DNA of 58,158 bases, counting the filler, from Basidiobolus meristosporus CBS 931.73 (lineage: Eukaryota > Fungi > Basidiobolomycota), in assembly GCA_002104905.1 (NCBI GenBank). It is 3 parts of 3 records of this genome, joined end to end, with 100 filler letters (N's around TTAATTAATTAA, not from the genome) between each part and the next. Parts side by side here need not be neighbours in the genome. Positions count along the whole stretch, not along the records: positions 1 to 19,903 come from MCFE01001022.1; positions 20,004 to 39,357 come from MCFE01001032.1; 1 more part is not named here. One strand, given 5' to 3'. The translations under genes were made by a program, and so were the position numbers. The notes below the pieces were generated by a model that was not told the origin of the DNA, made no database searches, and worked only from the letters and a program-made list of their open reading frames with translations. Positions 11,858 through 24,616 of this stretch are shown piece after piece (within the stretch, counting starts at the first letter, position 1; every line of letters begins with the position of its first letter).

Positions 11858-12800
11858 ACCTGTACCTGGACCTGTGTCACATGATCAAATTTTTGTCACC
11901 ATCTCTACTCTTTTCATCCATATATGATATTCCAGTGTTAAACAGGACTCATAATACTGATTCCTCAATGGTTGGGTGTACTGTACCTCATTTAGCGCCA
12001 CCCAAGTTGGTTTCCCCCCCCCGGGGCCGTAAAGGGGGCCCCGCCCCCCCCCCTTTGGGGGGGGGCTGGAAGGGATTGATCCTTTGGGGAGGGGGGGGAA
12101 ACAGGTAGGACCAATAGTCTATCGGTCGTCTATAAATTAGGAATTAAGCTCATGCTGGAACCTTCTTGAACACCATGATTAGTAATCACTCATTCAGTGA
12201 GAAAAGTATACAAGGGAGGCAATCCCTCAACAATACATTATCATCCCTTTTATCAATATACCAAATTGCTGATTAGGGTGATCACTGCTACCTGGTCATA
12301 CCTGAACTTCCAATCCCAGACCACTGGACACTCCCAGGAAAATGAGCTGACAGCCAACTGACCTTGGATGCATTACTTGCAAAGAATACTCAAAAGTAGG
12401 CAACTTTGATATTAATTGACTCTTTCCCAAGTTGTTCCTTGTACAGGCAAAGATATTTCACTTTCTTTGTAACTATTGTGCACAACTACATCCTGATCAA
12501 GTCCCTGCTAGTGGAGCTTACAGTGAGTTGACTTTGGAAGCTTGAGTACATTGTCATGTCAAAGAATACTGGGCCCAGCACATACTTTGGCCAAGACACC
12601 AACTAAGTTGGGAAGTGTAGCTCAATAGTTTTCCCTTGACAAGCTTGTGGCTTTATTCCCCTTCACTTTAGAGTAGAGACAGAACCCAAGTATTCCTAGT
12701 ATACAATCACCAGAGGATATTGCACCCAGTGAACAGCTCACACACCAAACACCTGGGAAGTGTTGGACATATCTCTCCATTTGACTTTCACACCATCACA
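11858..12800 (+). repeat. Truncated LTR of Ty3 family B, inverted relative to the other B copies
   Basis: Reverse complement of the 20330-21170 part of the B LTR. It ends in CACCATCACA at 12800. Confidence 0.8.
12010..12102. other. GC-rich multi-hairpin insert, absent from the other B LTRs
   Basis: Outer stem GTTTC9/G8AAAC, with inner hairpins GGGGCC..GGCCCC and G-C10-TTT-G9-C. Confidence 0.7.
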
Positions 12801-15002
12801 GTGTGCTTCCCAGCTGAGAGGCCTGTTACAGTAGCCACATGATCTTTTTCTCTTTTTTTATGGCATTGAATCAGAAGAGTCTTCTTTGTGGGGCAATCAG
12901 CATGACATGCAACAACATATTGCTGTTTTATCACTTTCTTGCCATTACTGATGTAAATTGAGGAAAGTCTTGTATTTACAACATTGGACCAACATGAATG
13001 TAAGATTCAATGATGACCCAACAGAGTAAGCATTATAAATATAGTTGTGGCACCACATACACATGTATACACATCACTATTTCCTGTTTGGTTTGACTCA
13101 TTTCCATTTATATGCTGCCAGAAAATAAAGCCAAGTTTTCTGGCTCCCAAGTTCACGGTACTGTAATCAGCAGCAGAATTTCAGTTGGTCAATAGCTTAC
13201 TTTGGAATTCAGCACCACAAGCAGGGCTACATCCAAAAAAGGCCATGTTGTCAGTATGCTCATTGAAGGTACCAACCCAGACTTCTCAGGCTCTCAGCCA
13301 AGTAGGCATATGAAAATTTCTGCAGAGTCACAGGCTGATCAAAATGTTCAGGCAAATGAGAATGTTGTCAATGCAGCACCTGCATTTGAGAACCAGCAGG
13401 TGGTCATCATAGCATCACCACCGCTGGTATTTGCAAGTATGTTATCAGCTTGTACCAAAGAATTAATGAGGCAATTAAGTACAGTGGCTGTTAGGATAGA
13501 TGCAATAGCGTAGAAAAATCAGATAATGATCCAGAAACAGGTGTAGAGCATTTATTATACCAGATAGAGATTGCAATATGTTTGCTGCAAAAAAGAAACA
13601 TGAGTAGCTCAATGTTACAGCCAAAAATTAAGCTGTTTCCCAATGTAGAGGCACAGCATTGCCATAGAGTCATTGACGCACAACAACAGTGCCCAAAGAT
13701 AAAGCCCACAGCAAGAACTTTCATAGAATGGGAGTGAGAGATTAGGGTATTTATACTCAGGCTTAAAACTTAAAGACATTGCAGATTGGTGAAGCTGTTG
13801 GTTGCAATGATGATAAGTGGGCTAATATTCAAGAGGCTGTTAAAAGCCTAGCTCATCATGACCTTAAGGCAGACATACCATGGGACCATCAGGAACTCAA
13901 GGCCAAGCAGAATGTGCTTAACCTTTTCCATGAGCATTATTCTGGATTCAAGCAATTAAACATATTTAGGCCAGCATTGGTATGCTATGTAAGTATCTAA
14001 AGAATAGCAGTAACTATCAAAGGCAGAAGAACAAGTGTGCCATGGCTAAAACCAGCAGCTTCTTCAAGGGCTTTACAAGGGCAGGGCTAAGAGCTTTATA
14101 TAATCATTAAAGAAATGTCAGGTAGCCAGGAGAGTGCCAGTTAGGGACAGGCAGAAACAGATGTATCAGTGCTGCATTCACCAAGGAGGAAACTCCAGCT
14201 CAATACAAGAAGCACTCAGTCACAGTAGCAGTGAAGGACTTTGAAGTGTTAAAGCCTGTGGCTTTCTCAGGAGCCTGTCACAGCAGGGCTACAAGCTCCA
14301 AGCTAGCAGCAAAAAAAGTGTCAGATTGCCAATAGAGTGCTGGCCAGGGACAAGCAGACAAAAATAGATGCTACAGTTCAGCATTCATAATATAAAAAGC
14401 ACTTGGTCATAGTAGCAGTGAAGGACTTGATAGTGATAAAAGCCTGTGGCTTTCTCAGGTGCCATCACAAGCAGCACTGATAGCTCCAAGCAAGTAGCAA
14501 AGAAATGTCAGGTTGCCAGTAGAGGGCCAGCAAGGTATAAGCAGGCAGAAACAGATGCACAAGTGCAGCATTTATCAAGGAGAAAATAGAGTACACTACG
14601 AGAAGCACTCAGTCAAAGTAGCAGTGAAAGACCCTGCCATGATAAAGGTAATGGTAAAGAGTGAAAGGCCAACCTAAGTAAGAGACAGGGAAGTATAAGA
14701 AAATAGCTGCAGTTCTCACCAATTGTAGCTGTCAGCCCAGAACAGGCTGAATCCTATCATAGCCAAGAAGAATTACCAACAAGACATCAGCTGTTTTCTC
14801 AAGTGTTGGAGGTGCAGCCAATTGAGTCACACTTCTGCAAGGTAGATGAATTTGTAGTGAAAAGCAACTTATGAGCCACTGCCTCCACATCATCCATTGA
14901 AGATGGAGTGAAGATCCTACATACAGACAAAGCAGCAACATCAAGAACTCATAAGACTATCACAGCCCCTACAGTGGTATTTTGGAACATCAGTAGGCAC
15001 AC
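12801..15002 (+). mobile_element. CACTA accessory-ORF region (family C), decayed, with a possible divergent transposase N-terminus at its left end
   Basis: ORF pieces 13202-13513 and 13779-14000 (AVKSLAHHDLKADIPWDHQELKAKQNVL...HYSGFK) are followed by the 207-nt repeats. From 13860 on it is colinear with 39470-40420. Confidence 0.6.
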
Positions 15003-15006
15003 CTAT

Positions 15007-15780
15007 ACCTACAAAAAAATTACTGTGATGATCCAGTCAAAAGGCTGTCACAAAATTAAAGTCCTGTGACTCAGAGGTATTGATCCCATCAGGACACTGT
15101 GCAAAAACTGTTGAAAATTAATAGCACCCCAGATTTCTTAAGAAACTAGTCAAATTTTTGATCACAACAATACAAAAGTGACTTATGATTGGTTCTCTGC
15201 CAATTGTCTCACTTTCTGATTCCATACACACTATCACCTCCTATATTTGTGTGCATTGATTGGCTATTGCCTCTTTTTCACATTCCTTACTCTCTGACTT
15301 AATTGTTTCCCTTACTTTTCATGCATACAAATTGATATATTTCTGGTGAGACTTCAGTTATTTCTCAATTGCCAGTTGAATCAACATATACAAGTTGCTA
15401 TACCCTAAACTAACATTAAGCCCAACTCCACACTCAGCATGTAACCTCATTAAAATCCACCACCCAATCAGTGTTTCTGCTCTAGCACTCTGATTCCATG
15501 ACTTTGGCACAAACCTAATGGTTTATACCACTGTTCATTCACTGGTTCCCACACATCCCAATCTTCAGCCAGCACTGCAAGGTATAGCGCCTCATCTGTC
15601 AGTCTTTTCAATAGATCCTTGCAATATTCAAGTGAGTTTTCTTGAGTACTGCTCTTGAAGGAGTGCTACAGCCTCCTGGTGTGCCTACTAATGTTCAGTT
15701 ACAAATTAACACTCATCAGTGGCTGTATGGTTTGACTGCTTCAGTTCCTGCTTTGTGTCTGCTTTTTTCTTCTTCCATTC
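15007..15780 (-). mobile_element. Second family C copy, terminus plus 3' region, tail-to-tail with the previous copy
   Basis: Reverse complement of 40330-41104. It starts with a degenerate CCTACAAAAAAATTA terminus. Confidence 0.7.
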
Positions 15781-15983
15781 TAATGCCCAGTTTCCTGGCT
15801 TCTTACAGTAGTTACAGCTACCTGGTTTTCTTTGGTTTTGTTGCTTTACCTTCTTTTCTGTGCGCCTTTCTGAGCTGAATAAAGCATCATCTTTAATTGT
15901 CTCCTCTTGCTCATTACATTTGAGTTCTTCATAGTGAAGTCTTCCTTCAATGTAGTTTAAAGCCAGATTTTCTTCTCTGCTTT

Positions 15984-16351
15984 TGTTATGATCTGCCGCT
16001 TGAATGTTTAAGTTGGATCAGTTTTTAGTCAAATCAATTAGTATATGTTTAGCTTATCAGTAAATCAGTGTTATCTATGAAATCAGTAGCATTAGTCAGC
16101 AAATGGATCAGCAGATCCTTATCAGACAGAAATAGATATATTAAGTAGGATCTTATTGGGTGATGTTGATGCAATCGAAAGAGTCATCAGCCACAACCTA
16201 CATTAGGAAATACAATTAGTCAGCAATTGATCTAGCAAAAAACATATAAGGAGCTGCTGGAACCTGAATAAAAATCAGTTCAAGTTTTAGTGAATACAAT
16301 ACTAGCTAAACTCCCTATTCCTCTACAACTCTTATACCAAGACTTGTAACA
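15984..16351 (+). repeat. 5' LTR of a Ty3/Gypsy element
   Basis: TGTTAT...GTAACA termini with TATAA and AATAAA motifs, immediately followed by a PBS and gag. Confidence 0.75.
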
Positions 16352-16352
16352 T

Positions 16353-16363
16353 TGGTAGCAGCG
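16353..16363 (+). promoter_or_regulatory. Primer-binding site, tRNA-iMet type (TGGTAGCAGCG)
   Basis: Lies 1 nt after the LTR end and is complementary to the GCUGCUACCA 3' end typical of initiator tRNA. Confidence 0.65.
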
Positions 16364-16408
16364 TAACCAGAAACCTCCCTCCTGAAGAAAGAAGAAACCA
16401 CCATCAAG

Positions 16409-17377
16409 ATGTTGGACAATCAAGAATGGAAGAATGCCATGCAGCAAATCCTGGCCCAACAGCAACAGTTACTCCAGATCCTCAGCCAACAGCAACAAGG
16501 AATGACTACCATGGCTCAGAGCCAGCAAAGCCCTGTCAAGAGCAACTTCAGTGTGAAGGTCAACTGGTACCATGGCAGAGTCAATGAAAACCTGGGAACT
16601 TGGCTCTCTCAGATTGAAGAAGCTTTTAAAGCTAAAGGAATTGCTCCAGAGAGCAAGTTGCATTATGCAGCTTCTTACCTGGCAGATGCAGCTTTACAGT
16701 GGTACCACAACAAGATCAGGTCAGCTACTATGATGGGATGCTCTACAATCTCTACCTGGGATGAGTTTGTGTTGGAAATTCAGGATGCTTTTGAACCTTC
16801 ACACCAGCAGACACTACTAAGAAGGAAGTTAAAGACACTCAGACAGAAAGGAATGGTGCAAGAATACATCTATGAGTACAGATGTCTACATGAACAAATT
16901 AAAAGAATGGACCCCTTGGATCAAGTTGAGTACTTTATTGATGGGTTGAAAGAAAGAACTTGCAAGGAAGTCAATTACCAAAGACCTCAGACTATTGAAG
17001 AAGCCATCAAGATTGCCATTGACTATGACTCAGCTATGTTTGGAGTTGGGAAGCCTACAGTGACTAATCAGAAAGGCTATAATCATTATGAAAGAAGACA
17101 ATCAGAAGCAGCACCAATGGAAATAGACGTTATGCAGAAGAATCCCTCCTCAGAAGAATGCAAGAAGAGAGGACTTTGCCTCAATTGCCACCAGCAGGGA
17201 CATATTGCAAAGTACTGCCCTCAGAGAAGAAATGGACACCAGCCAACAAGAACCTTCAACCATATTGAGTCCCATGAGCACAGTAATGTGGAAGATGAGC
17301 TTGAAGAAGACTCAGCACTCACCTTCCATATGACTGAAGAGTACTTGTCCCATATGACTTCAATCTCAGGGAAGTAA
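16409..17377 (+). CDS. gag: Ty3/Gypsy Gag (capsid plus CCHC zinc knuckle), 322 aa
   Basis: Retrotrans_gag-like motifs (AASYLADAALQWY, LRQKGMVQEY..EY, YFIDGLK), PMEID, and CLNCHQQGHIAKYC. Confidence 0.9.
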   Translation: MLDNQEWKNAMQQILAQQQQLLQILSQQQQGMTTMAQSQQSPVKSNFSVKVNWYHGRVNENLGTWLSQIEEAFKAKGIAPESKLHYAASYLADAALQWYHNKIRSATMMGCSTISTWDEFVLEIQDAFEPSHQQTLLRRKLKTLRQKGMVQEYIYEYRCLHEQIKRMDPLDQVEYFIDGLKERTCKEVNYQRPQTIEEAIKIAIDYDSAMFGVGKPTVTNQKGYNHYERRQSEAAPMEIDVMQKNPSSEECKKRGLCLNCHQQGHIAKYCPQRRNGHQPTRTFNHIESHEHSNVEDELEEDSALTFHMTEEYLSHMTSISGK

Positions 17378-19903
17378 TTGTACTTGAAAGAGTAATCAAT
17401 GGAGTACCTGTCAAGATCATGATTGACTCAGGAGCATTGCATGAGTACATGTCAGAGCAATTTTCTTTGAAAGCTGGAATCAACTCGGATCCTACCACAT
17501 CAACTTCAGTCTCCACAGCTGATGGCAACTCCAGCATAATCAACCGTATTACCCAGCCAGTAAGAATGAAGATAAATGACTATGAAGAAGACCTCAGGCT
17601 TATATATTTGGGAACTGCAGGTTTGACCTTGTACTTGGAAAAACCAGGCTATTTTGTTGTAATCCATCAATCAACTGGAGAACCCATGCTACTCAGATCC
17701 AAAAGACAACAAGACCTGTGAGCTATTACCTGCCAGGCTAGATTTTAACTTGGTCAATTCCAGTATTAGTGAGACAAGTGAACTTAGCAAGACCCAGTTC
17801 TGTAGAGCCCTTAGAAAAGGTACTCAGATGTTCCCCATGGCGGTATTACTGGAGGATTCCTCTACCCAGCACCCCAGCAGGTCCAGACTCTCTTGAAGAA
17901 ATATTCAGACATGTTCCCAGATGAGCTTGTAAGACTACCACCAGTCAGAGACGTGGATCATACCATTTACACATGAGATAGCCCTCCAGTGAGCAAGACA
18001 CCTTACAGAATGAGTCCATTGGAATTGGAGGAAATGAAGAGACAAATTGATTAGCTATTGGAGCAAGGATACATTGGGCCCAGCAAGTCACCCTGGGGAG
18101 CACTAGTGCTTTTTGTGAAAAAGAAGGATGGAACAGTTAGGATGTGCATTGACTACAGAGCCCTGAACTTAGTTACCATCAAGAATAAGTACCCCATACC
18201 TCGGATTGATGAGCTTTTGAACCAACTCAATGGAGCCACTATTTTCAGCAAGATTGACCTCATGTCAGGATACAACCAAATTAGGGTGAAACCAGAAGAT
18301 ATTCCTAAGACAGCATTTAGGACCAGATATGGACATTATGAGTACTTAGTCATGAGTTTTGGCCTCACCAATGCCCCTGCAACATTCATGACACTGATGC
18401 AGACTGTCTTTCAGGATTACTTAGACAAGTTTGTGATAATCTACCTGGATGACATATTGATACACAGCAAGACAGAAGAGGATCATGTAATGCACATTGA
18501 AAAGGTCTTGAAGAAACTAAGAGAAAACAAGCTATATGGCAAGCTAGCCAAGTGTGAATTCTTCAAGGAGCACGTTGAATACCTGGGACACATAGTGACT
18601 AGCACAGGAGTAACCTTAGACCCAAACAAGGTGGAAGTAATCAAGAATTTGAAGCAGCCCCATAGTATATCAGAACTCAGATCCTTCCTTGGAATGGTTT
18701 CCTATTATCAGAGATTTGTCAAGTCATTTGCAAGTATTGCTGCCCCTTTAACTGATATCCTCAAGAAAGACAATACCTACAAGTGGGACATAGCTTGTGA
18801 GACTGCCTTCCAGACACTCAAGAATGAACTTGCTAAGCTGCCAAGCTTAAGAATACCATACTTCAGAAAAGAGTTCACTCTGTGCACAGATGCTTCAGAT
18901 TATGCAATTGGTGGAGTGCTGAGCCAAGAACACAAGGGAAAGGACTACCCTGTTGCCTTTGAATCCAAGAAACTGAACTCAGCAGAACAAAACTATCCAG
19001 TCCATGAGAAGGAGATGCTTGCTATAATACACTGTTTGAAGACATGGAGATGCTATATTGAAGGAGTCAAATGCACTGTGAAGACTGATCATGCCTCCCT
19101 CAAGTATATATTTACTCAGAGGCACTCTATAGAAGAATGACAAGATGGAGTGAATACATTCAGCAATTTGACCTGGAGATTGTCTACTGCCCTGGAAAAA
19201 ACAACACGGTTGCTGACGCCTTATCAAGATTGGATCAACTTGCACAACACAACTTGGTGCATGAATCAGATTGGCCTAGCCTATTACCAAAGTACTTGGA
19301 GGACCAAGCCATTCCTGATGAGGTGGATGAAGATATCAAGAAGATAATCTGGGATGAAGCCAGCAAATTTGTAGTACAGGATGAAACACTCAACCAAATT
19401 GTTGATGGAAGCCCTATTGCCTATTGCCCTTATGTTTCTTGCCTGGATTTAATACATAAGCTGCACAATGGATATGGACATCTTGGGATTGAAGGAACCT
19501 ATAGCCTTGTGAAAGCCAGAGCATGGTGGCCCAGAATGAAACAAGACATTGAGAAGCTAGTAAAAACATGCCCAAACTGCCAAATCAATCAAGGCCAGCC
19601 ACAAGGAATTGCCAAACTCTTCCCTTTGGAGCCTGTAAGACTGTTTGAGAGATGGGGAATTGACTTTATTGGAAGACTGCCAACCACCAGGAAATGCAAC
19701 CGTTGGATTCTAGTAGCAATTGACCATGCAACTAAATGGCCAGTTGCTAGAGCTGTGCCAATAGCCAGTGAACAAGAAGTTGCAAGTTTCATTTACTATG
19801 AGATCCTGATGAAGTTTGGATGCCCTGTGGAGATCTTATCTGATAGAGGAGCAAACTTTATGGCAAAGACATTAGAGGCTTACCTGGAAATGCAGCAGAT
19901 CAG
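17378..19903 (+). pseudogene. pol: Ty3/Gypsy pol (protease, RT, RNase H, integrase), frameshifted and cut by the gap
   Basis: MIDSG protease; [10 protein letters not shown]...IYLDD RT; [12 protein letters not shown] RNase H; H..GH...CPNC and WGIDFIG...SDRG integrase. Domain order PR-RT-RH-IN is that of Ty3. Confidence 0.9.
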
Positions 19904-20003
19904 NNNNNNNNNNNNNNNNNNNNNNNNNNNNNNNNNNNNNNNNNNNNTTAATTAATTAANNNNNNNNNNNNNNNNNNNNNNNNNNNNNNNNNNNNNNNNN
20001 NNN
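19904..20003. other. Assembly gap spacer with a six-frame stop linker
   Basis: N44 + TTAATTAATTAA (19948-19959) + N44, identical in layout to 39358-39457. Confidence 0.97.
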
Positions 20004-20329
20004 ATGTCTCCTTGTCTGAGAAGCTTAGTGGTATATCATTGGTGCAGTAATAGGGGAAGTCTTCAGCCATTTCTTGTTCAGATAGGCTGCACATCTTGCA
20101 GAGCTTCTCCCATTTGAATATGAAGCTTTTCACATTCTTTCCATCAAACTGTGTGGCTCCATGTGAGAGTGGTAATGGCATAGAGTTCACTTTGGGCAGG
20201 TAGGTTGGTGTTGTAATCTTGATAATATTGGTAGTCTCTTTTAATAGGTGGATAACAGCTCAAATCTTCAGGTAGATCTTGTTGGGTCCTAGGGAGCTTG
20301 TATGAACCCCCCATGTTGGGTGCCAAATA
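20004..20329 (-). mobile_element. gag: Ty3 family B: PBS (20308-20325) and gag N-terminus, cut by the gap
   Basis: MNSMPLPLSHGATQFDGKNVKSFIFKWEKLC resembles the start of ORF 24617-26473. The minus-strand PBS TGGCACCCAACATGGGGG is a CpG-decayed tRNA-Lys(CUU) PBS. Confidence 0.8.
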
Positions 20330-21400
20330 TGTGGTGGTGTATAGGTCCAAGGGAGAGATATGTCCAACACTTCTCAGGTGTTTTGTGTGTGGGGTGCTCA
20401 CTGGGTGCAATAACCTCTGGCAAAAGCTTGCTAGGAATACTTGGGTTCTGTCTCTAATCTAATGTGAAGGGGAATAAAGCCACAAGCTTGTCAAGGGAGA
20501 ACTATTGAGCTACAATCCCCAGCTTAGTTGGTGTCTTAACAAAAGTATGTGCTGGGTTCAGCGTCCTTTGAGATGACAATGTACTAAAGCTTCCAAAGTC
20601 AAAACAACTGTAAACTCCACCAGCAGGGACTTGATAAGAATGCAGCTGTGGTCAATAGTTACAAAGACAGAAAAGTATCTTTGCCTGTACAAGAACAAGC
20701 TTGGGAAAGAATCAAATATAATAAAAGATACCTACTCTGAGTATTCCTCACAAGTGGTGCCTCCAAGGTCAGTTGGCTGTCAGCACAGTTTCCTGGGAGT
20801 GTCCTGTGGTCTGGGGTTCGAAGTTCAGGTAGCAGCAGGTAGCAGTGATCACACTAATCATCAAGTTGGTATATTGGTAAAAGGGATGATGATTTATTGA
20901 TGAGGGATAGCCTCCCTTACATACTTTTCTTGCTGGCTATGTGATTACTAATAATGGTGTTCCAGAAGGTTCCAGATATCAATAGAAATCTTAATGACAT
21001 CAGAATGACCTAAGAATGTTATAAGTAGGTGCCAGAAGGTTCTAAGAGGCACAGCACATCCAACCAATCAGGAATCAGTATTCTGAGACCTGTGTAACAT
21101 AGGGATACCATATACAGTATGGAAATGGTAGGGGTGGTGACACAGGTTGATCATGTGTCACAGGTACTGGTGCGGGCACTTGCCTAATATAGAAGCACTT
21201 AATGCTAGTAATCTTACATAAAGTGAGGGGTTACTTATGCAATAAGGTAAGAAGGTGTGATAGTCCACTGGCTTATGGGATAGTACTGATTGGGTAAGAC
21301 AAATGGGATAAAACTAAAATAAATGCAGTAGAGATTTTGGGAAGTAGAAAATAAGGGAATGAGCACATCTGTCAGTGGGTGTCACTGTCACCCCACTACA
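20330..21400 (-). repeat. 5' LTR of Ty3 family B (1071 bp)
   Basis: TGTGGTGG...CACTACA termini, adjacent PBS, close match to 36058-37129. The outer flank is CCGG. Confidence 0.9.
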
Positions 21401-24400
21401 CCGGTCATACCATATCTTAGATGCAGTCCAACTAATACTGTGACGCTATACAGTATTGCACTCAGTATCAATCAAGTGCAAACATATCCAATATATTCAA
21501 TGGCAAGCATTTACAACAGCTAAGAAGCAAGGGCTACTTTGAAGGTATGTATGACCATGCCTTGCTTTAGCACTTGATGGATTCTCATTAAACAAGTACT
21601 CCACCAGCAAATCCTACTGGCCACTGATTCTCATTAATCTGAATCTGCCACCCATCTTGTGGTATCAGAGCAATAATCTGATGGTAGTCTTACTGTTATC
21701 TGGCCTAAATCACCGTCCAACCTGGATAGCTACCTGTATCCATTGCTGGATGAGCTTGTTATGCTTTCCAGCAGGTTAACAATAAATGGCTGTTATGTAA
21801 AAGCACATATTATTATCTGCATTGGAGATACCCCAGCCATCAGCAAGATAGCAGGTTTTTCCAGGCACAATGATTGGTATTGCTGTCAAACGTGTGAGTT
21901 CCAGGGGATTTACTCCATAACTCACACACATTATTATTACCCAAACACCAGCACTAATAACATCATCATTCCACAGAGAGTATGTACAGAAGTAAGCATG
22001 CAATTGCAGCAAAGTTGGCAAGCTATGAGCCATTGGCCGGAATAGGGAATCAATCAGAAACCGGAGATACTTAAGATAGAGGGTATCTGCTGGAGCAAAA
22101 TCTTTCCACTGGGAGCAATGCATTTGCCTTTCAACAATATCCCTATACTGATGACCAAGTTGTACATAGGGCATTTCAAGCTAAATGAGCCCTTAGAGTT
22201 ACCATAGAAATTTGAAAAAATTGGCAAAATATTACAGAATATCTGCTACTCTAAATACTTCTCATGGGCTCCAATTAATATTTATATGCATATGCAATAA
22301 TACATATGCAAAGACTGGATGAACTGGATATGTTTTTATTCAAGTGGTGATCTGAAGCCATTCCTAGCAAGAGTACATTGGCAGCATTGGGAGTCATATG
22401 TGGATATTATAGGAATATTTATCCAGAAGTGGATTACCAATGCCATCTTGACGCATCTACAGCTGTTGTGTGAGGAGTTTGTAACGGGATTTGAGCAGCT
22501 ATACTACAGACATAAAGCTGAACGTGTAGATCTCTGCTGCTACCGTATCCATTATCTACTCCATCTTGCACAGTTTGGGGAGAATATTGGGCCTTGTTTC
22601 ACCTTTTGGGAGTTTCCTATGGAGTGGATGTGTGGTGAGATAGGAAGTCAAGTCAAGTTGCAGGTACTACCAAATCCAAATCTCATCAAGAATATTACCT
22701 TCAAGTCTGTCACGGATGTGATGAGTTGGCACATGGAGGACAGCCAGAAAGAGTTGGAAAATACTGAGAACAAATGTACACATGGAGACACCTATGCCTA
22801 TGGCATTAAGAAGCCAAGCAGCCCCAATGCACAGGTAATCAGTTAAGTAATGCAAAGTTGGGTTGGGTGCAACAAGCAACTAATTTTTTTTCAGGGGAGC
22901 TCCACCAAGATATACCAGATTACCTGCGGTCACAAGCCAACTTCTACACCATTCAATACAGAATTCACACAAACAAAAGCCAGAGCGCACCTATAAGGGG
23001 GACTAGAGTCCAGCAGGGTGAAATAATAAATTGGCTAAATACCAAGAAGTTCTTTGCAGATATTCAGGAGGTATTTATGGCAGAAGTGGCAACAACCAAG
23101 CATATGTTTGCAAGATATATATGCTACCAGCAGTACAAGGCATATGGCAGCTTTGCAAGTATCATACTAAAAAGCTGGAAAGTTGAGGTAATAGAAGTAT
23201 GTCAATTGCAGCAGGTGTGCGTGTTTGTAGAGGTTAGTAAGCAGGAGGCCATAGTTTTTTTTTATTCAAACTATATGGGGAATACCCAAGGTAGTAGTGG
23301 GTAAGCAAATAAAGAAAGGTGATTTTACAGTGGAATATATGAATTGCATAAGGTGAGGTAGAAAAAGGAAATACCATTTGGTAAATTAGTACAGTAGCAT
23401 TATACAGAACCAGCGGTAGGCCATCATACTCCCAAAAAAATGCCATCAGAGTCTTGCTGTGTGGCCGTCAAAATACCATCAAGTTTCTTAGCATATAAGG
23501 CAATTGGAAGTCCTGGCCAACTGGATCCACTTAAAATAGTAACAGAGTGCTGAAAGACCATAACAATACCATGCAAATATTGCCACAGTACCAATCAAAA
23601 ATTGTCAAGTTTTATCCCTTTATTTGGCTATAAACTTTGCAAAACACCATCATGATCTTGTTATAAGATCATCAGAAGGGTCACTAATTCCAAGCTGCTG
23701 TTATTATAATGGTCTCTAAATGGGATCTTGACGGTGTGGTGGTGTAGAGGTACTCCTGGGAGAAGCTACACAACTCAAGGTGTGTGAGGTGTCTGATGGG
23801 TGCAATAACCTCTGTGTCTAAACTGCTGGTGTCTTTGTCAATATGTCACTATGGTAAAAGCTCCTGCTTCTCTAGCTTCCTAGGTGCTCCAAGTGTCTCC
23901 AAAGGCCTCTGTGTGTCTTGTGCACTACCCTGAAAAGCTCCTTGATGGCAGGTCTGAGATGTACTGTTGAAGGCAGGTGCAGTGATCAACTGCTAATCAA
24001 TAAGGTAGAAGTGTTACTGATAGAAGGGATGATTTATTGATGAGGGATTGCTTTCCCTTAAATACTTTTCCTGATTGCCAACTGATTACTAATGACAAGG
24101 TTCTAGAAGATTCTAGGTATCAGTGGAATTCTTGATGACATCACTATGAGCTAAAAATATGCCAAGAATGTCCTGGAAGGTTCTAAAAGGCACAGCACTC
24201 TCAACCAATCAGGAATCAGTAGTCTGAAACCTGTGCAACATAGAAATACCATGTATGGTATTGAAATGGTAGAGATGGTAACACAGACCTAGGTCATGTG
24301 TCACGGGTACTGACGTGGGTACTTGCCTTATATAGATACATCTACTGATCACAAAGCTGAATAACATCTGGGATAACTAATGCTAATAACTAATCAGGGT

Positions 24401-24616
24401 AAACATCATATGGGGATAATACTGATAATATGGGCAAAAGAAGAATGGGATAATACTGATAAGATAAAATATGGATAAGTATATCATAATGACTATATGA
24501 ATAAACTTGTCTGTGGGAGGTATGTTTACCCTACCACATCCACCCCCCACTTGAGCTAAAAAGTTTCAGGGAACTTTTTAGCTAACCACTGTAAGTTTGG
24601 AGAACAAAGTGCTCTC

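Noticed and set aside
17360-17400. Programmed gag/pol frameshift
   Set aside because: The protease is in the -1 frame, but there is no canonical slippery heptamer and the same pol has several other frameshifts and stops, so decay is the simpler explanation.
19948-19959. TTAATTAATTAA palindrome inside both N runs
   Set aside because: Identical placement in both gaps and stops in all six frames mark it as an assembly linker. ORFs 19137-19955 and 19948-20190 are artificially ended by it.
20631-20900. ~88-aa ORF open in three family B LTRs (also 36359-36631 and 56303-56566)
   Set aside because: The copies are closely related, the ORF is antisense to the element and has no recognisable motif, and the equivalent frame appears stopped in the more diverged copy at 11858-12800.
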